A stretch of 64,000 bases of DNA. Source: an uncultured delta proteobacterium (GTDB lineage: Bacteria > Desulfobacterota > Desulfobacteria > Desulfobacterales > SG8-13). Made by a program: the position numbers and the translations under genes. Position 1 is the stretch's first letter, and every line of letters begins with the position of its first letter. The notes under the pieces were generated by a model. That model worked only from the letters and a program-made list of their open reading frames with translations. It was not told the DNA's origin and did not search any database. Shown here in pieces: positions 1 to 9,501 of the stretch. The stretch is taken from assembly GCA_963792945.1 (NCBI GenBank), contig CAWBYM010000008.1, positions 56,792 to 120,791 of the forward strand, written 5' to 3'.

Positions 1-325
1 GTTGCTGGAGTCGGCGCAGGTCCTGGGTCGGCTCGATGACGATGCCCACCAAGCGGAGATCCTTGTCGGCCAGGGCATAGTAACCGATCGCATGGCATTC
101 CCAATTAGTCGTTTGCTCTGCACGCAGCACCGCGGCCACGGCATTCGCGACCTCGTCGAGGTCCGCCGTCCGCACAAACCGCTGGAGAAGGGTGATGTGC
201 GGCGCGTGGTTGGCATCGAGGGGACCGTCCGGATAGTCCTCTCGCAGTCGAGCGTTCACCGCCTGTGCCCTCTCAACCGTGGCCGCATCCGGTTCCAGCA
301 GTACGTTGATCGCGATCAAGGTCAT
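1..325 (-). CDS. 2'-5' RNA ligase / 2H phosphoesterase family protein (N-terminal part; runs off left edge)
   Basis: Not in ORF track. Reverse strand reads GAAAGGAG RBS, then ATG at 325: MTLIAINVLLEPDAATVERAQAVNARLREDYPDGPLDANHAPHITLLQRFVRT..., containing the 2H motif PHITL; open to window edge. Confidence 0.7.
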   Translation of the reverse strand, partial: MTLIAINVLLEPDAATVERAQAVNARLREDYPDGPLDANHAPHITLLQRFVRTADLDEVANAVAAVLRAEQTTNWECHAIGYYALADKDLRLVGIVIEPTQDLRRLQQ

Positions 326-473
326 GCGGTTTCTCCTTTCATGGGGAGGGGCTTGGCGTCTTCCATTGCGTTCACTTGGATCTCCTTACCCGTCGAGTCA
401 GAAAAATATAATGGTTTTTTACAGCCAGTTTTTGTTTTTCTCGAAAATCATAGGTCTTTAACTTCAACACTCC

Positions 474-836
474 TCACTCTTCAGGATCGTCGGCCGCTCC
501 ATGGGCTGCCTGCCAGGGCCAGCGGCCGGTGACTTCCAGCTCCAGGACGAAGTGTAAAAAGGTCCGAATGAGGACAAGCAGTCCCAACATGCCAAGAGTT
601 TCAAAGCTAAGGTCGAGGGTAACGGTGAGGACAATGTCGGCGGCCACCAGAAGGTCAAGGGCCAGCAGCAGCGTGCGGCCAAAGCCGTGGCGGAACTTCC
701 GATACGCCTGGTGCGGATTCGACCCCTGAAACAATTGCCGGATAGAGCGCCCCAAACAGAACAAAGTCCCGAAGATCAAGACGGCTACCGCAACGGCTTC
801 AAAGACGATCACTGCTTTTTCAAATAGTTCTGCCAT
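474..836 (-). CDS. DUF1622 family membrane protein
   Basis: 120 aa, three hydrophobic segments, GRTLLLALDLLVAADIVLTV and IRTFL...LELE motifs typical of DUF1622; AAGGAG RBS. Confidence 0.8.
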   Translation of the reverse strand: MAELFEKAVIVFEAVAVAVLIFGTLFCLGRSIRQLFQGSNPHQAYRKFRHGFGRTLLLALDLLVAADIVLTVTLDLSFETLGMLGLLVLIRTFLHFVLELEVTGRWPWQAAHGAADDPEE

Positions 837-2112
837 TCGACTCCTTACTGCACTGGGTTGTATCGAAAGTCACCTGATCGTACCGCCAGAGCTGCTCGAA
901 AAAGGAGCGGGCAAGCTCGTGGCCGGGGGATTGTTCTCCCCGAGATGTAAGATAGCTCTGGATCTCGGTGATGGTGCGGTGCCCATCGATACAGTCAAAT
1001 AATCGTCTCTGCCCTTCATCAATCGGCAGGACGAGGTCCGCATAGGTGTGGCCCTGATTGATGAGCACCGCGGCTGCACCGGGCGGCAGGCGCTTTTCAA
1101 CGCAACGTGTCCGCGGAAGCCGGATCGGGACGTAGTGTTGCCAGCCATCCTCATCGAACCGGATGGGCTGACCGCTAAGAGGCCGGTCGCTGCGGTAAAC
1201 AATCACATTGTGACGGACCATCGTTCCCCGCAACAGTTCAACGGCCGCATACTGCTCCGCAGGGGGAAGCCGGGTCAGGCTGCAGCCGTGAGGAATTTGG
1301 GCCAGGGCACCGCACTGGGGCAGGTAGGGTGCCTGCCGCAACCAGCGCCCGAACGTCAACCCCGCCTCCGCGATGACGTCGAACAGCTGCGGTACGGTAA
1401 ACGCTCGATCTTGCGGATGCAGCAGGGCATCGGCCAGCCCGGCCTTGGTTCGAAAATCCGACACCTGGCCCAGCAGATGCGCCAATGGATGCCCGGGCGG
1501 CAGCGCCGTGAGGGTGTTGGCAAGATCCAGGATTTCCTGGTCGGAGTGCCCGATCCCAAGCCGGCGACAGTACTCCTGCAGCATGTAGATGCCGCTCCGG
1601 CCATAAGCCGCATACACCATCAGGTGCATAGCCCCATCCGGTTTGAGGACGTTGCGCAGAACGCGCAGCCCTGCCTCCGGGTCGGGGAGGTGATGCAGTA
1701 CCCCCGTGCAGACAACCTTGTCGAATCTCTGCCCAAGCTCTTGCAACCGTTCAATGGGGAGCTGGTGCAGCTCAAGATTGTTTAAGTGATAGTGACGCTT
1801 CAGGGCCTCGGTATGCCGGATGCTCGTCGAACTGAAATCGATGCCGGTAACGCCTGCCGAAGGCTGGCGCAGGGCATGTTTGGCCGCCTGGGATGTGCCG
1901 CAGCCGGCGACCAGCACCTGCAGATCCGTGCGGTAGGTCTTTCCCGGCCAGTGCAGATGAAAGTCCGCCCGGCGCCGGGCCTCATCCCGCCAGCGACGGC
2001 GGTAGCCTGCGAGGTCACCGGCCGGCGGCGGGTAGGGGTGCCGGTCGTAAAACTCCCGCACAGCCTCCCTGACGCCGTCAAGTTCCGAAAAACGAGGGTC
2101 TCGATTGTCCAT
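820..2112 (-). CDS. Class I SAM-dependent methyltransferase with C-terminal PqqD/winged-helix-like domain
   Basis: Motif I VLVAGCGT, GIDFS, FDKVVCTGVLHHLPDP, LKPDG; C-terminus LFDCIDGHRTITEI...FFEQLW. Confidence 0.8.
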   Translation of the reverse strand: MDNRDPRFSELDGVREAVREFYDRHPYPPPAGDLAGYRRRWRDEARRRADFHLHWPGKTYRTDLQVLVAGCGTSQAAKHALRQPSAGVTGIDFSSTSIRHTEALKRHYHLNNLELHQLPIERLQELGQRFDKVVCTGVLHHLPDPEAGLRVLRNVLKPDGAMHLMVYAAYGRSGIYMLQEYCRRLGIGHSDQEILDLANTLTALPPGHPLAHLLGQVSDFRTKAGLADALLHPQDRAFTVPQLFDVIAEAGLTFGRWLRQAPYLPQCGALAQIPHGCSLTRLPPAEQYAAVELLRGTMVRHNVIVYRSDRPLSGQPIRFDEDGWQHYVPIRLPRTRCVEKRLPPGAAAVLINQGHTYADLVLPIDEGQRRLFDCIDGHRTITEIQSYLTSRGEQSPGHELARSFFEQLWRYDQVTFDTTQCSKESNGRTI

Positions 2113-2252
2113 AAAAATGCCGGCCAGGCCGGAGGAAGAAGGCTTTAGAGTGTCATGCGACGGCGACCGGCAGCACAGTCAAAACCCTGTCATAAAGCCT
2201 TTGGCTGCAACGCACCGCAATGGTGCGTCGCAGCCGGGGGTCACCGGTTTTG

Positions 2253-3794
2253 TCAGTCGATGTTCAAGGCCCGTTCCATCTTCTCCAGCACTTGATCGAT
2301 GCTGAAACTGGCCGGCTTCATGCGCGGCGGGAACTCCTTGAAAGTTTCCAGGAAATTCCGCACGATGAACTGCGCCGCATAGGTCAGGTAGGCGCGGTCG
2401 ATCATCCAGTCCCAATAGGTATTGGAGGTGACATCCGCCCGTTCGAAGGGGTCGGTGCGCAGGTTGAAGATTTTCGGGACGCGCAGGAAGGTAAAAGGCT
2501 CCGCCCAGATCTGGACCGTTCCCTGGCAGCGTTGTTCGGCGAAGACAAATTTCCAGTTGTCGTAGCGCAGCCCCACCAGGTCGCCGTCATCGGAGAAGTA
2601 GATGAATCCCGGTCGGGGTCCTTTTTCCTCCTTGCCGGTGAAGTGATCAAGGAAGTTGTAGCCGTCGATGTGCACTCTGTAGGTCTTGTCCCCGATCCGA
2701 TGGCCGTCTTTGAGTTTCTCTATGATGTCCGGTTCGCCGGCCGCCGCCAGCAGGGTCGGCAGCCAGTCCTGGTGCGCGATGATCTCGTTGGAGACCGTGC
2801 CGGCCTCGATCTTGCCGGGCCAGCGCACCATCATCGGCACGCGGAAGGCGCCTTCCCAGTTGGAGTTCTTCTCGTTTCTGAAAGGCGTCATGGCACCGTC
2901 GGGCCAGGTGTTCATGTGCGGTCCGTTGTCGGTCGAATACATAACGATGGTGTCCTCGGCGATGCCCAGTTCATCCAGCAGGTCCAGCATCTGCCCGACT
3001 TGCTTGTCGTGCTCCACCATGACGTCGTGGTAAAATGACTGCCAGCGCCCGGCCTGGCCGAGGACCTCGGCCGGCGGGTGCACGCGGAAGTGCATCCAGG
3101 TGGTGTTGAACCAGACGAAAAAGGGCTTGTCGTCCTGGTGGGCGCGCTTGATGAAGTCCTGGGCGGCGTTCAGAAACTCGGCATCGCAGGTTTCCATGCG
3201 CTTCTTGGTCAGCGGGCCGGTGTCCTCGATCTTCTGCTTGCCGACGCGGCCCCAGCGCGGATGCTCGGTGGGGTCGTCCTGCTCGGTCGCCCAGGAACGC
3301 ATGACACCCCGCGGGCCGAATACCTTCTTGAAGTCGGGAAATTCCGCGTCCGTCGGGTAGTCCACGTTCTCCGGCTCCTCCTCGGCATTGAGGTGATAGA
3401 GATTGCCGAAGAACTCGTCGAAGCCGTGGGCCGTGGGCAGGTACTTGTTCTTGTCGCCGAAATGGTTCTTGCCGAACTGGCCGGTGGCGTAGCCCAGAGG
3501 CTTGAGCATCTCGGCAATGGTGGGGTCTTCGGCCGACAGCCCGATGTCCGCACCGGGCATGCCCACCTTGGTCAGTCCGGTGCGGTAGGGGCTCTGCCCG
3601 GTGATGAAAGCCGCGCGTCCGGCGGTACAGCTCTGCTGGCCGTAGGAGTCCGTAAAGCGCATGCCTTCGTTGGCAATGCGGTCGATGTTGGGCGTGCGGT
3701 AGCCCATCAGGCCGTCGCAGTAGCAGCTCAGGTTGGTGATGCCGATATCGTCGCCCCAGATGACGAGGATGTTCGGCTTCTTCTCTGTTGCCAT
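2253..3794 (-). CDS. Arylsulfatase (Cys-type, formylglycine-dependent), no signal peptide
   Basis: KPNILVIWGDDIG, SCTAGRAAFITG (CxxxR), GKNH, STDNG motifs; AAAGGAGG RBS. Confidence 0.93.
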   Translation of the reverse strand: MATEKKPNILVIWGDDIGITNLSCYCDGLMGYRTPNIDRIANEGMRFTDSYGQQSCTAGRAAFITGQSPYRTGLTKVGMPGADIGLSAEDPTIAEMLKPLGYATGQFGKNHFGDKNKYLPTAHGFDEFFGNLYHLNAEEEPENVDYPTDAEFPDFKKVFGPRGVMRSWATEQDDPTEHPRWGRVGKQKIEDTGPLTKKRMETCDAEFLNAAQDFIKRAHQDDKPFFVWFNTTWMHFRVHPPAEVLGQAGRWQSFYHDVMVEHDKQVGQMLDLLDELGIAEDTIVMYSTDNGPHMNTWPDGAMTPFRNEKNSNWEGAFRVPMMVRWPGKIEAGTVSNEIIAHQDWLPTLLAAAGEPDIIEKLKDGHRIGDKTYRVHIDGYNFLDHFTGKEEKGPRPGFIYFSDDGDLVGLRYDNWKFVFAEQRCQGTVQIWAEPFTFLRVPKIFNLRTDPFERADVTSNTYWDWMIDRAYLTYAAQFIVRNFLETFKEFPPRMKPASFSIDQVLEKMERALNID

Positions 3795-3891
3795 GCGGTG
3801 CCTCCTTTGTTGAGTCGTTGAAGGTTAGTTATCGCCTCTGCCAGGTTTCTCCTGTCGGCACTTTCACACTGTCTCCTTTCCACCCCCCTTC

Positions 3892-4098
3892 TCATATCGT
3901 GCTGCAGGGTGACTTCCGCCCAGGCGAATTCCCCGATCCGAAAAATGGCATCGGGGACGCGGAGCATTTCCGGCGCCGGCTCTGAATGTCGACCATCGGC
4001 CAGCCCCAGGCGTGGACCATTTGCGCAACGGCCCTGGCATACCCGGGAGTCATTATGGTGCCGTGAACATTTTCCGACCTCAATGTGCGGCAGGGCAT
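3892..4098 (-). pseudogene. N-terminal stub of a second DUF1254-type gene
   Basis: TPGYARAVAQMVHAWGWPMVDIQSRR resembles the DUF1254 N-terminal helix (A..AY.WGWP.V....R), then degenerates. Confidence 0.4.
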
Positions 4099-4127
4099 AG
4101 CTCAATTGCTCTTGCTGGAGGAGCGGT

Positions 4128-6431
4128 TCACTTAACGGGCTTGGCCGCGGGAAGCTTGTAGGCGCCCTCCAGCACCGATTTGCCCGGGCGGTAGATGCGC
4201 ATCAGGAAGTTCCATCCTTCGGTGGTATCCAACCGGTTGGGCACCTCGCCGCAGGTCTCCACTGATCCGAAATACACGGTGAACGTGCCGTCGGCGTTCA
4301 GCTTCACATTGGAGGAATTGACGATGTTGTTGTCGCTCTTCATGAAGCCATCGTCGCCGTACACGGTGATGGACCAAAAAGCCTCGTTTTCCGGTACCTG
4401 GTAGGTCGCCTTATGGCAATCCCTCCAACCATGGCCGCTGCTGTAGTTCAGGTACGTGGCGTCCCACTCCGGGAAAAGCCCCCAGGCCGCGGCCGCCGCA
4501 ATATGGCGGGTCTTTTCGTCCACCCGGCCCCGGGGCCCCATCATTCCCTGCCAACTGCTGTATTGCGTCGACTCTTCTTCATACTGGTCCGTGAGGGCCT
4601 TCAGAGACTCAAGGTCCCACCTGAATTCCGGTAGTGGATCGGCGCTGTTGGCCTTGATGATGAACTGATCCTGCAGCTCGTTGATCGAGGCGACCTCGTT
4701 CTCGTCTTTGGGGTCGAAAACCTGGATGCGCACCCCGACGCCCAGGTATTGGGTGTCCCTGGGCAGCTCGTGCGTGCCGGAGGTGTAGATGACGAAGGGG
4801 CAATAGTGATCGTTGTCCACGAGATAGACCGACGCATACCGTTCCTTCGGGAGTTCAGGGACGGTGATCGTGGCGCCCTTCGAGGTATCCACAATGCCCA
4901 TGGAATAGAGCGTATCCCGGTTCATGCGTACCACATTCTGTTTGTCCAGTGGGGTGGGACGGTGGAAATGATAGAGCCGGTTCACCCCGCCGGCCATCTT
5001 GGCGACCACGCCGAACTGCCGGTCACTTTCGGCCCGTATGTAGGTTTCGGGCGTCACCTTCACGGCAGGAGTTTCCCGAGCAGCCGCCTGCACCGCCGCC
5101 ACTCGCTGCAAGGGCGGCTGTTTCCATTGGCCGTTGAACACGGCGGGCTGGGGTATGTAGATCCGCATGATGCAGTAAAAGGGGCCGTCCGGTGCCGGCA
5201 GCCAGTTTGCTTCCTTTCCGGCTCCCGGCGAATCCTTTTGCACGTGGAACGTCAGGGAGCCGTCGGTGCCGTATTGGAAGGAATCCGACATGGTCGAGTT
5301 CAAAAGGTAGCGATTCAGAGGATTGGCCACGAGGAACTGCGTCGGCCCGTCATACATGGTAAGGGACCAAAACGCCCCGGCGGGTGGCAGCTGTCCCTTC
5401 TCAAAACGCAATACATAGGCGTGTTTCGCACCGTCCAGCTTGTCGCCCTGAGCGTCTACAAAATAGGGAGGATAAAGGGCTTCCTCCCGGGAGTTGCCGT
5501 ACAGTCCAAGCTTTGCCCCGGCAAAGCGATAGAGATAGTTGTTATCGAGGAACTCACGGGTGCCAAAGAGGTCAGCACTAGTCACCTCACCCGCGTTGAC
5601 TCGCTCCATGAAGCCGGCAAAGTCCTCCCGCCAGACCTCGGCAAGACCTTCCTCCATGGATTTTTTTATTTCGGGAGCAAGTTCCTGGTCAGAAAACCGT
5701 TTGCCGGGACCGATGCCCAACTTGGCGAAACGCGCCATCATTTCCTTCTCCGAAGGGTGCGTGGGGCAAAATTGCAGGAGAAAATTCAGGTAGCTGAAGA
5801 GCTTAACCGACTCGCTCATGCCATCGGCCAGTGGCGGCCAGTCCACCGCCGGTGCAGTATGCGGCGCAGCATTGCCCAGGTAGATGCTCAGCGGCCGCAC
5901 CCGGCAGGCGTCCTGGATCTGGTGCACGTTCTGAAGATCGTCAGGATTGAAGAGCTGGGTACGGAAGAAGGCGTACATTATCTGGGTTTCGCAAGGAATC
6001 GCCGCCCTGATTCCCGCGGGCTTTTCTCCCCGCCAATCCGGCCCCGCGATCAGGAAATCACCGCCCTCGTTGCCGAATGAGCGGGTGCCAAGATAGCCGA
6101 AGTTGTGCGTGTAGAGATCGACCAGCTGCACCGAGTAGTAACGGTTCGGCTCAATCTTCGGCAGGGTGATGACCATCGGCTCAACGCGCAGGTCCAGCCA
6201 GGCGAAGGAATACGGGGTGTCCGAATTCGGCGTGACCACGAACTTATCCTCCGGAGTGGCGACGGTGCGCGAGTGGCCGAGTCGGTTCAGCGGCGCCTTG
6301 TAGTCCGGGCTGGTCTTATCAATCGCCTGCTTATGAAGCGTCTTATAGGTTTCAACCAGGGGGAAACCATAGATGTAGGCCTCTCTGGCAATGGCGCGGG
6401 CTTCTTCAGGGGTAGCGCTGGTCGTTTTCAT
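4128..6431 (-). CDS. Tandem DUF1254-DUF1214 x2 protein
   Basis: AREAYIYGFPLV, VVTPNSDTPYSFAWLDL, FWSLTMYD, NWLPAP in first half; VVRMNRDTLYS, FWSITVYG, GWNFLMRIYRP in second half. Confidence 0.85.
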   Translation of the reverse strand: MKTTSATPEEARAIAREAYIYGFPLVETYKTLHKQAIDKTSPDYKAPLNRLGHSRTVATPEDKFVVTPNSDTPYSFAWLDLRVEPMVITLPKIEPNRYYSVQLVDLYTHNFGYLGTRSFGNEGGDFLIAGPDWRGEKPAGIRAAIPCETQIMYAFFRTQLFNPDDLQNVHQIQDACRVRPLSIYLGNAAPHTAPAVDWPPLADGMSESVKLFSYLNFLLQFCPTHPSEKEMMARFAKLGIGPGKRFSDQELAPEIKKSMEEGLAEVWREDFAGFMERVNAGEVTSADLFGTREFLDNNYLYRFAGAKLGLYGNSREEALYPPYFVDAQGDKLDGAKHAYVLRFEKGQLPPAGAFWSLTMYDGPTQFLVANPLNRYLLNSTMSDSFQYGTDGSLTFHVQKDSPGAGKEANWLPAPDGPFYCIMRIYIPQPAVFNGQWKQPPLQRVAAVQAAARETPAVKVTPETYIRAESDRQFGVVAKMAGGVNRLYHFHRPTPLDKQNVVRMNRDTLYSMGIVDTSKGATITVPELPKERYASVYLVDNDHYCPFVIYTSGTHELPRDTQYLGVGVRIQVFDPKDENEVASINELQDQFIIKANSADPLPEFRWDLESLKALTDQYEEESTQYSSWQGMMGPRGRVDEKTRHIAAAAAWGLFPEWDATYLNYSSGHGWRDCHKATYQVPENEAFWSITVYGDDGFMKSDNNIVNSSNVKLNADGTFTVYFGSVETCGEVPNRLDTTEGWNFLMRIYRPGKSVLEGAYKLPAAKPVK

Positions 6432-6534
6432 GCTGTTTCTCCTGGTCTTGAATTGGATAGACGATCATAGTTTGCAGGCTTCACCTTAATGAGAGGAGCA
6501 TCCTAAGCACCGCTTTTCATAAAATGGTCACGTA

Positions 6535-6610
6535 AAATCCCCCTCGCCCCCTTTTGATAAAGGGGGGAAACCTTCCCCTCCCTTTCGTAAAGGGAGGTCG
6601 GGAGGGATTT
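6535..6610. repeat. REP/MITE-like double-hairpin palindromic element (copy 1)
   Basis: AAATCCC...GGGATTT termini enclosing two hairpins CCCCCTTT-TGAT-AAAGGGGG and CTCCCTTT-CGT-AAAGGGAG; related copy at 62999-63097. Confidence 0.65.
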
Positions 6611-6639
6611 GATGGGAGGTTTCATACGCTGCTGTATTT

Positions 6640-6812
6640 ATGAACCGGTGTTCACGTAGTCCACGGTCGGCTGGCTGATCGCATGGCCGTCGGGGCGGGG
6701 CGCAAAGGTCTCCCCGGTCCCCTGCTCCACCGCGAACGGGGCGACGGCGTCGATGATCCGTTGCTGTGGCAGCATCCGGATCCAGCAGTACGTTGATCGC
6801 GATCAAGGTCAT
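6640..6812 (-). pseudogene. Internally deleted duplicate of the 2H phosphoesterase gene at 1-325
   Basis: Near-identical RBS and 5' end (MTLIAINVLLDPDAAT) joined out of frame to QQRIIDAVAPFAVEQGTGETFAPRPDG; the intact copy reaches LRRLQQ at about codon 107. Confidence 0.75.
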
Positions 6813-6963
6813 GCGGCTTTTCCTTTCCAGGTAGTTCATGGGGACTGTGTGTCCAGCCCATATGCAGATGTGTGTTTCGTCTTATCTCACCATTTCCGAT
6901 GATCGCCGGAAGGTTAAGGGACCCCGGCGCAATTTGCGCCAATGCTCCACTTCCCATCCCTAA

Positions 6964-8313
6964 TCAAGAAGGGTGCACGGGGCTTTGACCCGCTTGGCCG
7001 TCTCCTTTGTTTCCGGGACGGCCATGACATTTTTTGAATTTCAGACCACTGCCGCAGGGACAAGGGGCATTGCGGCCGGTCTTGCTGAAAGTCCCTGCCG
7101 GCGGGGATTCCTCCTGCGCCAGCAGCTCAACGATTTTGGTGGCCGGCAGCCCGCGTCGAATGAGTCCGGCCAGAATTTTCAGCGGCCGGTCGGCGTGCGT
7201 GAAAAAAGATTTGTAGCCCGCACACAGGTAATTGAGTCCGGCTTCACCATCCGGCGCGGTCAGAAAACGATTCTTAGGGCATTCCCCATGGCAGGCAAAG
7301 CGCACCTCGCATTTTCGGCAGGTCCCCGGCAGTGTATCCCGCTTGTCACGGCCGAATTGACCTTGCTGTGTCGAGCCGGCCAGTTCGGCCATGTGGGTGT
7401 GTTGGATGTTGCCCAGCAAATAGTCGGGCTCCACGAAATGATCGCAGGCATACAGATCGCCGTTGTGTTCGAGGGCCAGCCCGTGCCCGCAGGTCGGATC
7501 GAAAATGCACATGCCCGATGATCCCAGCCCCATCCAGTTGCGCACTGCCGCCTCGAACGTCTGCACGAAGATTTTACCCACATCGTTGCGCACCCATTCG
7601 TCGAAGATAGCCGTTACGAATCTACCCCACTGCCCGGGCTTTACCGAACGATCCGAAACTTTTGAGCCCCTCAGGTAAGGGGTGACCTCGCCCTCGTATA
7701 GACGTTCGATCACCGGAATGAACTGCAGCCAGCTGGTTTGAACCTCGTCCCGAAAGAAACGGTATACCTCAAGGGGGTGATCGGCGTTGGTGCGGTTGAC
7801 GGTGACCAGGATGTTGTACTCGACCCCGTGCTTCTGCAACAGCCGTAGACCGCGCATCGCCCGCTCGAAGGTTGGCTTTCCGGCCCGGTCCACCCGGTAG
7901 GTATCGTGCAGCTCCCGGGGGCCGTCGATGCTGATGCCGACCAGGAAGTTGTTTTCGCGGAAGAACCCGCACCATTCATCGTCGAGCAGGGTGCCGTTGG
8001 TTTGCAGGGTGTTTTCGAAGGTCATCCCCGGCCGACGGTACTTCTCCTGAAACGCAATGGCCTGCCGGTAAAAATCGACGCCCATGAGAGTCGGCTCGCC
8101 TCCCTGCCAGGCAACGGTCACTGCGTCGCTGCGATGAGACTCGATGAGCTGGCAGATGTAGCTCTCCAGCACCTCATCGCACATGCGGAAACGACTGCCG
8201 GGGTAAAGCGCCTCTTTTTTCAGGTAAAAACAGTAGGCGCAGTTTAGGTTGCAGGTCGATCCGGTCGGCTTGGCCAGGACGTGAATACGCGGCAGGATAT
8301 GGGCGAGTGCCAT
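6964..8313 (-). CDS. Anaerobic sulfatase maturase (radical SAM/SPASM, anSME/AslB/ChuR family) with C-terminal SEC-C motif
   Basis: KPTGSTCNLNCAYCFY, WQGGEPTL, QTNGTLL, SPASM cysteines (CIFDPTC, YACDH, CRKC, CHGECPK, YLC), GRNAPCPCGSGLKFKKCHG. Confidence 0.92.
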   Translation of the reverse strand: MALAHILPRIHVLAKPTGSTCNLNCAYCFYLKKEALYPGSRFRMCDEVLESYICQLIESHRSDAVTVAWQGGEPTLMGVDFYRQAIAFQEKYRRPGMTFENTLQTNGTLLDDEWCGFFRENNFLVGISIDGPRELHDTYRVDRAGKPTFERAMRGLRLLQKHGVEYNILVTVNRTNADHPLEVYRFFRDEVQTSWLQFIPVIERLYEGEVTPYLRGSKVSDRSVKPGQWGRFVTAIFDEWVRNDVGKIFVQTFEAAVRNWMGLGSSGMCIFDPTCGHGLALEHNGDLYACDHFVEPDYLLGNIQHTHMAELAGSTQQGQFGRDKRDTLPGTCRKCEVRFACHGECPKNRFLTAPDGEAGLNYLCAGYKSFFTHADRPLKILAGLIRRGLPATKIVELLAQEESPPAGTFSKTGRNAPCPCGSGLKFKKCHGRPGNKGDGQAGQSPVHPS

Positions 8314-8472
8314 AAAACCGATTCCATCGTTGTGGTCATATTAGTGTGAAGTCGAGAGCACCGGACATCTGCTATCCGCTTTCCTTAATATCTCTTTTAA
8401 GGGTGTCGACCGATCATTGCTCCTGTCCCTCCGGATGCCGCGGAGGGACGCGTGCCGATTCGGTTGTCACAA

Positions 8473-8961
8473 CTATCCTTCAAGAACCTGCCTCAATTCG
8501 TCTTCCTTTTCAACCGTCAGCGACGTTTGAAGAACTTTTCCTTTGAAACCTTTCTGCTTCAGCCTTTCGAGGACTTTGTCCCCGGTTGCCTTGCGTACGA
8601 GGATAAAAAGGGCCGATGTTCCCTCTGTGAGGTTGGCTGCCAGTTCCTTCATGAATTCATCGCTGATGCCGATGTCGCGCAGCTTGCCCGACAGCGCGCC
8701 GGCGCCGGCCCCCACGGCCGCACCCAAAAGCGGGTTGAGGAAGATCATCCCGATGAGCATGCCCCAGAACGACCCCCCCACGGCTCCCGCGGCGGTCAAG
8801 TTGACGGCCTGGTGAAGTTTGACCTTGCCTTTTTCGTTTTTGGTGACGACAACGACGTCATCCATTTCAATCAAATACTCTTTCTGCATCTTGGCCAGTT
8901 CGGCCCGCATATCGAAAGCGGCCTCTTCGTTATCGAATTCAATCACGACGAGATTACCCAT
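8473..8961 (-). CDS. DUF1269 family membrane protein
   Basis: GAVGGSFWGMLIGMIFLNPLLGAAVGAGAGALSGKLRDIGISDEF...GTSALFILVRK signature. Confidence 0.85.
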   Translation of the reverse strand: MGNLVVIEFDNEEAAFDMRAELAKMQKEYLIEMDDVVVVTKNEKGKVKLHQAVNLTAAGAVGGSFWGMLIGMIFLNPLLGAAVGAGAGALSGKLRDIGISDEFMKELAANLTEGTSALFILVRKATGDKVLERLKQKGFKGKVLQTSLTVEKEDELRQVLEG

Positions 8962-8991
8962 GGGTCATACTCCTTTCTTGTTTAAATTCCG

Positions 8992-9426
8992 TTATTGAGT
9001 GGTGCAAACCCCGAAGGCCACCTCGGCGACGACGTCCCCCGAGGCGGTCAGTACCATCTGGCCGGTATCCTCCATGATGGCGATGGTCCAGCCGAATCCG
9101 TCCCTGACACCATCCCATCCCTGTTCTGCGCCCTGAAGGATCAGCTTGCCATCGACATTTTTAACGTGTTCGATCGGGCTCTTCCGCGAACCATCATCCG
9201 TCTTCTGACCTTGAATGGTCTTCTTGCCGACGTTGATCCACAAATAACGCGGCAGGTTGATTTCCTCGGCAGTCACCTCTCTACAGCTTTCGCCCATGAT
9301 GCACTCCGTGATGTCGATCACGGTGCACAGCAAGGGTTTCGAGCCGTCGAAGTCACCGGCTAGCGCCAGGGCAGACGTGAATGGAAAACAAAACATAGCC
9401 AAAACAATAAAGATTAATTTATTCAT
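8992..9426 (-). CDS. Exported hypothetical protein
   Basis: Sec signal peptide, four Cys in mature region, AGGAGG RBS. Confidence 0.7.
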   Translation of the reverse strand: MNKLIFIVLAMFCFPFTSALALAGDFDGSKPLLCTVIDITECIMGESCREVTAEEINLPRYLWINVGKKTIQGQKTDDGSRKSPIEHVKNVDGKLILQGAEQGWDGVRDGFGWTIAIMEDTGQMVLTASGDVVAEVAFGVCTTQ

Positions 9427-9501
9427 CCGATTCCTCCTGTTATTCGGATAGATTCTAAGTGCATCAGGCTTGCGCGTCCATCTACTTGGGAGCCTCAGGG
9501 C

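Noticed and set aside
6964..8313. RiPP-modifying radical SAM/SPASM enzyme
   Set aside because: Sequence fits anSME and a Cys-type sulfatase substrate lies nearby; no precursor peptide found
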